A program made the translations under genes and the position numbers. Source: a virus. Taken from it: DNA of 45,147 nucleotides. The notes under the pieces were generated by a model. The model saw only the letters and a program-made list of their open reading frames with translations, had not been told where the DNA came from and searched no databases. Shown here one piece after another: positions 9,279-18,820 of this stretch. The stretch lies in the IMG/VR virus record IMGVR_UViG_3300010311_000419; one strand, 5' to 3'. Each line of letters opens with the position of its first letter. Position 1 is the first letter of the stretch.

Positions 9279-10195
9279 TTCACCTCCACGCCGGCGAACG
9301 TTTTAGCCAGCTTGTCAATGTCTACCCCTTTAGGCGCTTCTTCGGAATCGGATAATCCTACGTAGCGTTTCGTCGGGACGGTTGTCGATGTTTCGAGGAT
9401 TGATTCGAAGAACTTCTCTTGATTAGGATCCTCGACCAGTTTATCTGCCAGCATCTTCACAAGCGCGGGGGCCTTGCTCTTCGCGAGCCAGCCGTCGCGC
9501 CATTGCTGCACGTGCATCGTGTGTTTCTCTTTTTGCATTGTTTCCAGATCATCGATGAGCTTCTTGATCTGGCCGTCTTTCTCTTTGATCTGCTCTTCGA
9601 ATTGCTTGGTAAGCGTTTCCTCTAACTGTTTGTTTTGCGTTTTCAAGGCTGCGAGTTCTTCTTCGTAGCGCTTGACAACAGCAAAATCGTTCGCGTTTTC
9701 TGCCATTCTCTTAGCTCCTTTGTCGTTGTTTCCATAGGCCGTCTCTATGTCAATCTCTACATTCCAGGTTATCAAGTTGTGTTCTCCATCCGCGTCTGTT
9801 AGCGTGATACGTTGCATTCCGGGTTGTGCCGGGATAGGCGTCAGCGATATCTCCAAAAGTGTTGGCCCTTCCTCTTGCCCGGTCGTCTTGTTGATATAGT
9901 TGTCGTGATAGGCAGGGCTCAAGAAGTCATACCGGCCGCTTTTGATTAGCTTCTCACCTTCCGAAGTGAACTCGATATCCGCGGCGAGCCCCTCATCTTT
10001 TATCCGCAATGCCTTAATCTCCCCGTACTTGCCACCTTTGCTCTCGTGAGACAGAAGTACTGGTATCGGATACGGCACAATCTTCCGGTCGAGATTCTTC
10101 TTGAGTTGTTCCGCGATTCTCTTCGAGTGTTCAACCCTGCCGTATCGAGAATCGTAGAAGGTTTGGAAAGGCAGGATCAGAACTTCTTTTGTCAC
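9275..10195 (-). CDS. Putative capsid scaffold / maturation protein
   Basis: 306 aa with a long charged coiled-coil C-terminal half (EELAALKTQNKQLEETLTKQFEEQIKEKDGQIKKL), upstream of capsid genes. Confidence 0.45.
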   Translation of the reverse strand: MTKEVLILPFQTFYDSRYGRVEHSKRIAEQLKKNLDRKIVPYPIPVLLSHESKGGKYGEIKALRIKDEGLAADIEFTSEGEKLIKSGRYDFLSPAYHDNYINKTTGQEEGPTLLEISLTPIPAQPGMQRITLTDADGEHNLITWNVEIDIETAYGNNDKGAKRMAENANDFAVVKRYEEELAALKTQNKQLEETLTKQFEEQIKEKDGQIKKLIDDLETMQKEKHTMHVQQWRDGWLAKSKAPALVKMLADKLVEDPNQEKFFESILETSTTVPTKRYVGLSDSEEAPKGVDIDKLAKTFAGVEVK

Positions 10196-12360
10196 ACCGT
10201 TTTCACCTCCTGTGATTCGGTTAATAGGTTTGCAATTATGTCTTTGATCGCGTTCAATTGCGCTTCTTCCCCATGTTCCTCGGCGTGTTTACGGTATCCT
10301 TCGCTGTCGTACTGGTTGCTTAGGATCATCCGCACGGCCTCGTCTACGGTGTTGTACAGGTATTCCTCGGGATACACGTCGGTTGCTCCCCAGAAGTGAT
10401 GGATGATCGGTTTAATTCCTTTGCTCTCCGCTTCGAGGATTGCCATGCCGGTCCCTTCGGTGTAGGATGTCGAGAGGAAATAGTTCTTATCTTCGAGGAA
10501 GGCGTTCATGTCTTTTTGATGCCCTACGAAGTGGATGTTACGTTCCAGCCCAAGCTGTGTGATGATGTGTTTGAGGTATTGCCAGAGCCGGATGTCTTGG
10601 AGTTCGCCAGCCCAGAATAACTCGTATCCGGGATCCAACCGCGCGAGCTGGTTCATTATCTGCACCATCATCATCGGGTTCTTCAGCGCGTTGATATGCC
10701 CGGCGAATGCGATCTTGTATCCGGTCCCGTGGTTACCGTAGCTGAATCGTTTGGTATCCACGCCCATCGGCACGAGAGCGACTTTATCCGCAGGCACGAT
10801 CTCTTTCGCCAGCTCATAGATATGATCCGCTTCGAACATCACACAATCGGCGTTGTTGTAGTTGATTTGTTTCAGGAATCCGTTGTAAGCCTCGTAAGCG
10901 TGTACGCGGATGATGGTCTTCTTTGCCGGATACTTGTTTGTCCCGGCGATCGCGAGTTCGTTTCCGAATTCGTACCAAACGAGATCGGCCCAGTCGATGT
11001 ACTGCTTCGCGTGTTCGATGTCACTTACCACCGCCGTCTGCACGATATAATCCCGCGCGAGTTCGTGTCGCACGCCGTGGAGGAATGAAGCGAGGCCCGG
11101 CGCGACGATGATTGCGATCTTCTTGCGTTTGGTAGCCATCTCATGATTGGCTTCACCGTACAACCGAGAGTAGTAAGGCGAGAGATTGATCCGTTCGTGA
11201 TCGGCGAGCTTAAGAATAGCCGGTTCGAAGCGTTTTAAGACATTTGCGTGTTGCGTTTGCGCGAGTGTTCTTATCAATTCATCCGCCGCCCACGTCGTGA
11301 TCGTCGTGGCCTTCACATCCCGCAGAATCACGAGCGCCCTGTCGATCATCCCCGTCTCCGCTGCCGCCTTGGCGCCGATGATCAGCGCAACGTCGTGATA
11401 CTTCTCGTATTGAAGCGTGAACAGACACCCGCTCTTGTTGAACGCCGCTACCTTTGCCGTGTACGTCTCAAAGGCTTTTAAGGCGTTAAGCGGCTGCTTG
11501 AGCGCGTTAAACATCAACTCCTCAACGATGTAAGAGTCCGGGCAATCAGGAGCCATTGACCGCGCCGCCGAGATGCACGCTCTGATGATGTCTTGTTCGT
11601 TGTATTCGAGCGCTTGCAACCCGAGAAGCACGAAGATGTCGTGCATCATTACGGGGATGGCCTTCGTCATTCTTACTTCCGAAAGCAACGCCTTGCCGTA
11701 CGTATAGGCTTCTTCTTTCTGCTCACACACGAGAAGCGTTTTGTAGTATTGCGCCTTGTAGTAGAGCCGCTCCATCCCGCTGAGTGTGTCGCCTTGGAGT
11801 ATCTTTTCCATCATCGACAGGAGCCGCTTGCGCTTCTTCTCTCTGAGCTCCGGCGTCCACTGATAACCGTAATGGTTTGATATCAGGTTCGTGGTGATGG
11901 TCTCTTGTTCATATTGCGGATGGTTATGCACCGCATACTTGTAGGAGATTGTGCCGCGGCGGAATATTCGAGGGAGTGTGAGCGAGTCTTGGAGTGTGTC
12001 CGTGATGATGTTGCGCGTAATCATCATAACCGTCTTAACTTCCGGTGGCTGAGATTCAAGCAATGGCCGGAGTTCTTTTTGCGCCTCTTCCGTAAGTTCT
12101 TCATCGCCGTCGTAGATGAACACCCAGTCGCCCACACATAAAGCGATCGATGCGTTCCTGGCCTCACTGAAATCTTCTTTCCATTCGTGGTCATACAGTT
12201 TGATCTTTTGATCGTTGAACCCGATGATGATCTCTTTTGTCCGATCAGCAGAACCGGTATCAAGTATCACTATCTCATCCGCGATTGGTAGAACGCTTCG
12301 GAGCGCTCTTTCTATGTTCTTCTCCTCGTCCCGTACTATCATTGCAACGCTAACTAACAT
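10192..12360 (-). CDS. Two-domain glycosyltransferase (N-terminal GT-A/family-2-like, C-terminal GT-B/family-4-like)
   Basis: N-terminus MIVRDEEKNIERAL..ILDTGSAD and YDGDEEL (DxD-type); C-terminus FVGHQKD...EGTGMAILEA resembles the GT4 E-x7-E region; 722 aa. Confidence 0.65.
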   Translation of the reverse strand: MLVSVAMIVRDEEKNIERALRSVLPIADEIVILDTGSADRTKEIIIGFNDQKIKLYDHEWKEDFSEARNASIALCVGDWVFIYDGDEELTEEAQKELRPLLESQPPEVKTVMMITRNIITDTLQDSLTLPRIFRRGTISYKYAVHNHPQYEQETITTNLISNHYGYQWTPELREKKRKRLLSMMEKILQGDTLSGMERLYYKAQYYKTLLVCEQKEEAYTYGKALLSEVRMTKAIPVMMHDIFVLLGLQALEYNEQDIIRACISAARSMAPDCPDSYIVEELMFNALKQPLNALKAFETYTAKVAAFNKSGCLFTLQYEKYHDVALIIGAKAAAETGMIDRALVILRDVKATTITTWAADELIRTLAQTQHANVLKRFEPAILKLADHERINLSPYYSRLYGEANHEMATKRKKIAIIVAPGLASFLHGVRHELARDYIVQTAVVSDIEHAKQYIDWADLVWYEFGNELAIAGTNKYPAKKTIIRVHAYEAYNGFLKQINYNNADCVMFEADHIYELAKEIVPADKVALVPMGVDTKRFSYGNHGTGYKIAFAGHINALKNPMMMVQIMNQLARLDPGYELFWAGELQDIRLWQYLKHIITQLGLERNIHFVGHQKDMNAFLEDKNYFLSTSYTEGTGMAILEAESKGIKPIIHHFWGATDVYPEEYLYNTVDEAVRMILSNQYDSEGYRKHAEEHGEEAQLNAIKDIIANLLTESQEVKTV

Positions 12361-12365
12361 CTTTT

Positions 12366-13271
12366 TTATGCTCCTTTCGCATAGATTCTCGCGGATTCGA
12401 AGAGCGGCGCACAGTAGCGCAGCATCTCCTCGCGAGGGATAGATGGTACACGGATAAAACTCGGCAATTGGTTGTTTAGATAACTGGAGGCAACCGTCAT
12501 GAAGTAGTTACGCAGGTATTCCGCACGGTTAATCGTTGCATTTCGCGGCATATACACGCTGTCCTCAAAATGATCGACGATATATCGAAGGATCGCGTTG
12601 ATCGCTCGAATGCGCCGTTCAATCCCGTGCGTATGGCTTGATTTGTGTATGCGATAGTGGCGGAATGGTTTGTTGATCGCTTTGGTACGCAAGCCCATTC
12701 GAAGATAGTGCATGGTGTTGATCGTGTCCACGTCGCATCCGAGATACTTGATATAACCGCGGCGCTTTAAGAAGGACGCTCTCATCAATCCTTTCGAAGA
12801 GATCACACTCGACCCGTGCCGTTCGAAGGTTCGCCGTACCGCGTCTTTCGCTTCATAATCCTCAACCGGCCACATCTCCGTCGAGCGGCCGTCTTCGTAA
12901 TGCACGCAGCAACCTGAGTACACGTAATCTATCCGCGGATCAGATTCGATCAGCTTCACCGATTCCGCTATCGTGTCCGGTTCGAGCCAGTCGTCCGCGT
13001 CGTAGAAGTAAATGTACTTGCCTTTCGCCTCTTCTATCATTCGATTTGTGCCTTCCAACACGCGGCCCGAGTTCATATCCGATCGAATGATCTTAATGCG
13101 ATCGGCATAACGGTTCAGCACATCGCCGGATTCGTCGGTCGAGCAGTCGTCGTACACAATGATCTCGAGATTGCGGTGTGTCTGGTCAAGCATCGAATCG
13201 ATGCACCGTGCGAGATACCGCCCGTAGTTGTAGTTATTGATCCCGACCGTGACTAACGGCGCCGTTTCCAT
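12366..13271 (-). CDS. Family-2-like glycosyltransferase
   Basis: VGINNYNYGRYLARCIDSMLDQT...IIVYDDCSTDES and YFYDADD motifs typical of GT-A fold. Confidence 0.65.
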   Translation of the reverse strand: METAPLVTVGINNYNYGRYLARCIDSMLDQTHRNLEIIVYDDCSTDESGDVLNRYADRIKIIRSDMNSGRVLEGTNRMIEEAKGKYIYFYDADDWLEPDTIAESVKLIESDPRIDYVYSGCCVHYEDGRSTEMWPVEDYEAKDAVRRTFERHGSSVISSKGLMRASFLKRRGYIKYLGCDVDTINTMHYLRMGLRTKAINKPFRHYRIHKSSHTHGIERRIRAINAILRYIVDHFEDSVYMPRNATINRAEYLRNYFMTVASSYLNNQLPSFIRVPSIPREEMLRYCAPLFESARIYAKGA

Positions 13272-13435
13272 TTTCTCGCCTTCTCTTCTTTTGCCGTTTC
13301 TTTTGCGGTGATCCCCGCGTAGAATCCAAGGCCGAGGCCAAGACCCACGCCGATGATGAATAGTATGATGTGCATTCTCTTCACTCTCCCAAACAAAAAA
13401 GAGCCTTCCGGCTCTTCTTTGTGTTTATTATTCAC
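13253..13435 (-). CDS. Small membrane protein (60 aa)
   Basis: One hydrophobic helix (IILFIIGVGLGLGLGFYAGI) plus basic tail. Confidence 0.3.
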   Translation of the reverse strand: MNNKHKEEPEGSFLFGRVKRMHIILFIIGVGLGLGLGFYAGITAKETAKEEKARKWKRRR

Positions 13436-13446
13436 TTGGTGAATGT

Positions 13447-14379
13447 TTAGTATTGATTCAGCACCGAGAGTATCGTCGCAATATCCTCCGGCCGCTGTTT
13501 GCTTGCTGTCTTGAGGCGTGTATCGTTGATGTTCTTGTACTGATCCTTACGCTTGGAATACTTCGTGACCGGCTCGAGATTCGAACGGCAGTTGACGTGC
13601 AACGGCGGCGTGTTGGATGCGATCGCGCCCGTATCGTGCACCGGGATGAATATGTTATTGCGTTCGCGACATATATCCGTCGTGAGCATATCAAGCACCG
13701 CGTTGAAACGATATCCCTCGAGGATCGTGCTGCCTTGACACTCTTCAAGCGTCCCGACGTTATACGCCCGCGTCGCTTCGGTGATAGCGATTGCTTTCGC
13801 CCTTTGCCTTGCGAAGTCGGTGATCTTGTTACGGAGATAGGTCGTCGCCTGCTCCGCGCTCATCCCCTGCTCGATTGTGTTCTTGATAAGATCGGTAACG
13901 TGTTCGAGTGTGTCTTGCGCTTCAATCCCCGCGAGTTTGACCGTGTACTGGCTCATAAACGCCATCGCCTTCTCGCTCGGCCGGAAGTATTCGTCGAACG
14001 CTTCCGCTTCATTCTTAATGAGTTTCGTCCCGATGATCCCGAGCAATCCCTTAATGAGTTTGGCGTCGTTCTGCAAAATGATCTTGAGCACGGCCACTGT
14101 CTGGCTCCAATCAGGTGTCGCAAATCGCCGGTTAGGCGCGCGCGTGAACTTGCCCCGCGCCTGCTTGACAATATCGCCAAATCCGCTGATACGCCCGTAC
14201 AGGAACGCCGTCATCACGCCGCTCATAATCGCGTTTTGAAAATCAGGAATGATGTCGTAGGTTATGGATCGATTATCAGTTACCGCCTGCCGAAGCCGTT
14301 TCCACGGGCTCATCAGGTAGTGTGTTATTCGGTTTTCCGCGTAACTGAGCGCCGTCTTGGTCATTATCGCCGTCGGCAT
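13447..14379 (-). CDS. Head morphogenesis protein, Mu F / SPP1 gp7-like
   Basis: ITEATRAYNVGTLE and PPLHVNCRS motifs typical of this family; lies after portal. Confidence 0.65.
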   Translation of the reverse strand: MPTAIMTKTALSYAENRITHYLMSPWKRLRQAVTDNRSITYDIIPDFQNAIMSGVMTAFLYGRISGFGDIVKQARGKFTRAPNRRFATPDWSQTVAVLKIILQNDAKLIKGLLGIIGTKLIKNEAEAFDEYFRPSEKAMAFMSQYTVKLAGIEAQDTLEHVTDLIKNTIEQGMSAEQATTYLRNKITDFARQRAKAIAITEATRAYNVGTLEECQGSTILEGYRFNAVLDMLTTDICRERNNIFIPVHDTGAIASNTPPLHVNCRSNLEPVTKYSKRKDQYKNINDTRLKTASKQRPEDIATILSVLNQY

Positions 14380-15499
14380 CCGGTATCACCGCCCCTTCGT
14401 ATTCCGGGATAGATAACATGTCGCGAATCCACGGTTCCGTGGGATCCACCACGCCGCCGCTTATCAACGCGGTTATATATCCGGCCATCGCCGCCTTGTC
14501 GTCAACGCTCGGTTGCACGTTGATCGCAAACTCGCCGTAGTCTTCTTGCACGCCGAAGTTGTACTCGATGAGCCGTGTTACCAACTGGTCAAGGATTTGG
14601 TTCGCGTAGTTCGTCGCCTGCGAACGCATCGTGTCTTGGAAGAGTTGCATGTGCGTTTTGCTCATTGCATACGCGCCGGTATCCGAAGACGATGATATCA
14701 GTTGAGGTACCTGCAAGCCGCGGAAGATGAGCGTGTTAAGATACTCGATCGAATCTTGGAAACTCCGCGCCATATCGCTCCCTGGTTGAAGCGTGGATAT
14801 CTTGTCACCGATCGGCACCGATACGCCAGCCTTCGAGAACCACGACGCGAATATTGCGCGCGCTGCGTTCGGATCGGACGATTCCGCCACGACCGTCGGG
14901 ATCGCGAACTTCTCCATCGCAACCGCCCACCACTTCTTTAGGGCCGTCTTGAACTGCCAGCTTGAAAACACGGGCCTGAGAACGCTCTCCCCGTAGATGC
15001 CACCGCCGTTGCGGAGGACCAGACACTTCTCCGGCGGCAGGATAATCTTGCCGTACTTAATCGTCGTGAACTCAATCGCGAGCGATTCGTCATCTTGAAC
15101 CTTGAACGCGCATTGATACGGCGCGAGCCGTGTGATGTCGGCCACCTTAACAACGCCATCGTCGATCGTGTAGATGATCTCCCCAACCGCGTAACCGTAG
15201 CCTTGCGCCTCGTAGATCATTCGCTGGAGCACGTTGCCGATAGAGGTGTTCGAGAAGTCTATCGCTTGGTTGATTGTCTCGTCTATCCGCTCATCCGGAT
15301 GCGTGTATCTCCCGATCGATGAGTAGATCATATTCGTCGTGTACTTGAGCCCTGCTTTAATCGTCTCGTCACGCGTGAGCATCTTTTCTTTGTCTTCGTT
15401 CTCGAGGTCATCTTCGTTCAGTATCACGCCGAGAATCTCCCAGAAGCGATCCTGGAGGCTGATATATTGCGTTGTGTCTATTTTCTGCTGTTCTGCCAT
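14276..15499 (-). CDS. Portal protein
   Basis: ~407 aa immediately downstream of TerL; ATG at 15499 is preferred over the track start at 15547. Confidence 0.6.
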   Translation of the reverse strand: MAEQQKIDTTQYISLQDRFWEILGVILNEDDLENEDKEKMLTRDETIKAGLKYTTNMIYSSIGRYTHPDERIDETINQAIDFSNTSIGNVLQRMIYEAQGYGYAVGEIIYTIDDGVVKVADITRLAPYQCAFKVQDDESLAIEFTTIKYGKIILPPEKCLVLRNGGGIYGESVLRPVFSSWQFKTALKKWWAVAMEKFAIPTVVAESSDPNAARAIFASWFSKAGVSVPIGDKISTLQPGSDMARSFQDSIEYLNTLIFRGLQVPQLISSSSDTGAYAMSKTHMQLFQDTMRSQATNYANQILDQLVTRLIEYNFGVQEDYGEFAINVQPSVDDKAAMAGYITALISGGVVDPTEPWIRDMLSIPEYEGAVIPDADGDNDQDGAQLRGKPNNTLPDEPVETASAGGN

Positions 15500-15503
15500 T
15501 TCA

Positions 15504-16715
15504 TCACCACGCCGTGTATTCGGATTTTGTGCCCGTGTAGAGGCCATAACGCATCGCGTCCATCAAGTGATCCTGAAACTTGACCGGTTCATCGAGCACG
15601 CGCCCGTCTTTGTCTTCCCGCCATTTGTACGATAGCAATTCTTTGATCAGGTTCGAGCTCTCCGAGTAGACGCGGAGCTTTCGGCTCTTTGCAAAGTCAA
15701 TCCCTTTGAGCACGTCTTTCTTGGCCGGCATCGCGGTTAAACCCGCCGCCCTCAGCTCTTGGATACGGTTCGGTTCGGCGCTGTCACAATAGATTCGGCC
15801 CGATACGTTGAGTTGCTTTATCTTGTCGATCAGTTCCGCGTTCGTGAGGTGCGTCTGATAGATTAGTTCCCGCAGGTATATCTCGCCGTCGTACTCGCGT
15901 ATCTCTACGAGCGCCGTCGGGTTGTTGAACCCGAAGTCAAGCCCGTACGTAACCGTTCCGGCTTTCGGCATCTCGTTTGTGAGCCGCCAGTTATTGTAGA
16001 TAAGCCCTTTTGGGGATCCCCATTCTCCCAGCGCGTATATCTGGTAATACGTCGGGTCTTGGTCTTTAAGCCCTTCAATCACTTGCTTATAGTCGTCTCC
16101 GAGGAATCGGTTGTCTTTGTACGTTGTCTTGAGGATTGAGGCGTTCTCGACGCGTTGATCGAAGAACCTCTTCTTGAGCCAGCTATACTCGGATACGGGG
16201 TTAAACGATAAGATGATTTGGTTCGGATAGTTTGATCTGGTTCGGAGCCGAAGGTCAAGCTGCATAAAGTCTTCCGGCGTTATCTCGCTCGCCTCTTCGA
16301 TCCAGATGTCCGTTATGCCGGTGATGGATTTGAGCTTCTCCACGTCATCAAGGCCAGTGAAGAGTATCTGATTCTCGGAGATGCCGCGCACTTGTAGCGT
16401 GATGTCAAGCTCCGTCTTGTCGATCTTGAATAGCGGGTTAAGCTTCCATCCGCTTATAACGCTTCGCAAGAGGTCATACGTGCTGTGCCGATTGGTTCGC
16501 GCAACCTTCCGCACGACGAGGTATCGGTGTCCGCGTTCTTTGAGTGTTCGGTAGATGATCTTTTGCGCGACAAAGTGGCTCTTACCCGATCCGGCTCCGC
16601 CGTAGTAGATTTCGTAGCGCGTTTGATTTTTGAGATATGGAATGTATGCGTCGTTGAATTCTTGTGCTTTGCTCTTGAATCGAATATCTATAACAGTGTC
16701 ATTCGCCATCATCAT
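15504..16715 (-). CDS. terL: Terminase large subunit
   Basis: Walker A YYGGAGSGKSHF near N-terminus; 403 aa; follows terS. Confidence 0.85.
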   Translation of the reverse strand: MMMANDTVIDIRFKSKAQEFNDAYIPYLKNQTRYEIYYGGAGSGKSHFVAQKIIYRTLKERGHRYLVVRKVARTNRHSTYDLLRSVISGWKLNPLFKIDKTELDITLQVRGISENQILFTGLDDVEKLKSITGITDIWIEEASEITPEDFMQLDLRLRTRSNYPNQIILSFNPVSEYSWLKKRFFDQRVENASILKTTYKDNRFLGDDYKQVIEGLKDQDPTYYQIYALGEWGSPKGLIYNNWRLTNEMPKAGTVTYGLDFGFNNPTALVEIREYDGEIYLRELIYQTHLTNAELIDKIKQLNVSGRIYCDSAEPNRIQELRAAGLTAMPAKKDVLKGIDFAKSRKLRVYSESSNLIKELLSYKWREDKDGRVLDEPVKFQDHLMDAMRYGLYTGTKSEYTAW

Positions 16716-17031
16716 CGAACCCGATCTTGATGAGTATATTGCCCCCGTGATCGATGTCGAGGTTATCGCGTTGCCCGAGATATTGTTTGCCTAACCATAT
16801 GAGTATCGTCCGGTCACCGCTTTCCGCTGCTTTCCATTGAAGCCTGCGGAGGCTTGCACGACCACGTTGTCGCTCTTGGTTATAGAGTTCATTAAACTTT
16901 GCGTCGCGTTGGAGCGTGTCAACGGAGAGTTCGAGAACCGCAGCGATCTCTTCTTGCGTACAATGTATCACCGATAGTTTCTTCACGAGTTCGTAGTCTA
17001 TTTTTTTTCTCGGTCTTGCCATCTGTATCAC
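16699..17031 (-). CDS. terS: Terminase small subunit
   Basis: 110 aa, basic N-terminus with HTH-like segment, directly upstream of terL. Confidence 0.55.
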   Translation of the reverse strand: MIQMARPRKKIDYELVKKLSVIHCTQEEIAAVLELSVDTLQRDAKFNELYNQERQRGRASLRRLQWKAAESGDRTILIWLGKQYLGQRDNLDIDHGGNILIKIGFDDDGE

Positions 17032-17058
17032 CTTTTTTTGAGTACCGCAAAACTCGGC

Positions 17059-18216
17059 TTACTCTCTGGTTGCTTTCCTCCCTGCGAAATCTTCCCACCG
17101 CTTTACGATCACGTCGCAATACCCTGCATCAAGTTCCATCATGTAGCACTTGCGATTGAGCTGCTCGCAAGCGATGAGTGTTGAGCCGGAGCCGCCGAAG
17201 GGGTCAAGCACCAGCGTGTTGCTCATGGAGCTGTTCATAATGGGGTACGCCAAAAGCGGGATGGGCTTCATGGTTGGGTGATCGCCGTTTTTCTTAGGCT
17301 TGTCGAACTCCCAGATGGTGGTTTCCTTGCGTCCGCTGTACCACTGGTGCTTGCCGCTTTTCTTCCAGCCGTATAGCACAGGCTCATGCTGCCACTGATA
17401 CGGGGAGCGCCCCAGCACCAGCGACTGCTTTTTCCAGATACAGCAGCCGGACAAATAAAAACCGGCATCCGAAAAGGCTCTCCTGAAATTCAGCCCTTCG
17501 ATGTCGGAATGAAAAACATATATGCTGGCGTCGTCTGCCATGACTGCTTCGGTATTCTGGAACGCTGCCAACAGGAAGCTGTAAAAAGCATCGTTTGCCA
17601 TGTTGTCGTTCTTGATTTTCCCGGCACTGCCTTCATAGTTCACATTGTAGGGCGGGTCGGTCACGACCAGATTCGCCTTCTTGCCATCCATCAACCGCTC
17701 CACATCTTCACGCTTCGTACTATTTCCACAAAGCAAGCGGTGATCGCCAAGTATCCACAAGTCGCCGGCCTTGGTAATTGGTTCTTCCGGTGTCTCGGGC
17801 ACATCGTCCTCGTCCGTCAAACCGGTGTTCATATCCAAATCCATGCCAAAATCCGCTAAGTCAAATCCCAAAGCTTTGAGCTCCGACAACTCCCACTCGT
17901 TCGCCAACATGTCAAAATCCCAATCGCCCGCCATGCCACGTGGAGCATTATCCACAAGGATGAATCGCTTGCGTTGCTCCGCCGTTAGATTAGATGCCTT
18001 GACGATCCAACCGTCCGGGACATCTTTCATACCCAGCTCTTTGATTGCGCGATACCTCATATTGCCGCCGAGTATAATACCTTCATCATCAACAACTATT
18101 GGGCGGAGCGTCATAAACTCCGGATCACGTTTGATTGATTCGCACAATTTTTTGAACGCTTCATCCTTAATTATTCTTGGGTTCTTCGAATTAGCTTTGA
18201 TGTCGGATAAATTCAT
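17059..18216 (-). CDS. ParB-like nuclease domain fused to DNA methyltransferase (N6-A / N4-C class)
   Basis: N-terminal ParB-like segment; VTDPPYN (motif IV) and DPFGGSGST (motif I); GGAGG RBS. Confidence 0.8.
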   Translation of the reverse strand: MNLSDIKANSKNPRIIKDEAFKKLCESIKRDPEFMTLRPIVVDDEGIILGGNMRYRAIKELGMKDVPDGWIVKASNLTAEQRKRFILVDNAPRGMAGDWDFDMLANEWELSELKALGFDLADFGMDLDMNTGLTDEDDVPETPEEPITKAGDLWILGDHRLLCGNSTKREDVERLMDGKKANLVVTDPPYNVNYEGSAGKIKNDNMANDAFYSFLLAAFQNTEAVMADDASIYVFHSDIEGLNFRRAFSDAGFYLSGCCIWKKQSLVLGRSPYQWQHEPVLYGWKKSGKHQWYSGRKETTIWEFDKPKKNGDHPTMKPIPLLAYPIMNSSMSNTLVLDPFGGSGSTLIACEQLNRKCYMMELDAGYCDVIVKRWEDFAGRKATRE

Positions 18217-18240
18217 AGTTCCTCCCCTAAATTTTCCAAC

Positions 18241-18260
18241 AAAAAAGGGCCCGGAGGCCC
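18241..18260 (-). terminator. Intrinsic terminator between the late promoter and the first late gene
   Basis: GGGCC-CGGA-GGCCC hairpin followed on the minus strand by TTTTTT. Confidence 0.5.
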
Positions 18261-18309
18261 TTATTCATATTTCATCCGCGGTATTCTCATACCTGCGGCT
18301 ATTATATCG

Positions 18310-18338
18310 ATAATACCACAATTATGTTTTTTTGTCAA
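18310..18338 (-). promoter_or_regulatory. Near-consensus sigma-70-type promoter (candidate late promoter)
   Basis: Minus-strand TTGACA (18338-18333), 17-bp spacer, TATTAT (18315-18310); abuts the stop of the upstream ORF. Confidence 0.45.
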
Positions 18339-18820
18339 GTGGTATCGTTTTTATCTGTCATCGCTTCCTCATTTATTATCCCCGTTAGCCTCTCCAAACA
18401 GAACCGCTTCATCTTGTACAGCTTACTCGTCGAGCAGTCGAACAACACTGCCAGACGCCGCACCGGCAGCGTCCTAAACTTCATCCGGCCCCACTCGTAC
18501 TCCAGCCACGCGCTCATGGTATTCGCGGGCTCGAAGTCGTGGTTGATATAGCAGTGGAACAGGATCGTGCGGCACTCTCGCGGGAGCTGATTGTACCAGC
18601 GATCGAAGAACTTGATAAACAAACCCGCGCGCACCTGATCGTTCAGGCACGCGAGCTCGTTTGGATGCCCGCTCAGGTACCAGTCGATTTCGCCGGAAGG
18701 CAGAATCACGAGATGCACGCGGCAGCCGAGATAACGTTGCACGTTTGCCTTGTAACTCTGCAGCATCCGCACAACGTCCGCATTGGATACGCGGCTATTT
18801 TTGAGAGTGATATCGCGCAT
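18335..18820 (-). CDS. Putative late-gene regulator (candidate Q-like antiterminator); function not established
   Basis: 161 aa, several Cys/His; last early-arm gene, immediately upstream of promoter-terminator pair. Confidence 0.3.
   Translation of the reverse strand: MRDITLKNSRVSNADVVRMLQSYKANVQRYLGCRVHLVILPSGEIDWYLSGHPNELACLNDQVRAGLFIKFFDRWYNQLPRECRTILFHCYINHDFEPANTMSAWLEYEWGRMKFRTLPVRRLAVLFDCSTSKLYKMKRFCLERLTGIINEEAMTDKNDTT

Noticed and set aside
13453-14412. 319-aa plus-strand ORF, plus other long plus-strand ORFs such as 24389..25108, 18820..19638, 17386..17859, 19613..20107 and 4023..4610
   Set aside because: All lie antisense to well-supported minus-strand genes (MuF-like, YqaJ, Nudix, ParB-methyltransferase, DnaN, tape measure), have Arg/Pro/Ser-rich low-complexity translations and no ribosome-binding site; they are shadow ORFs.
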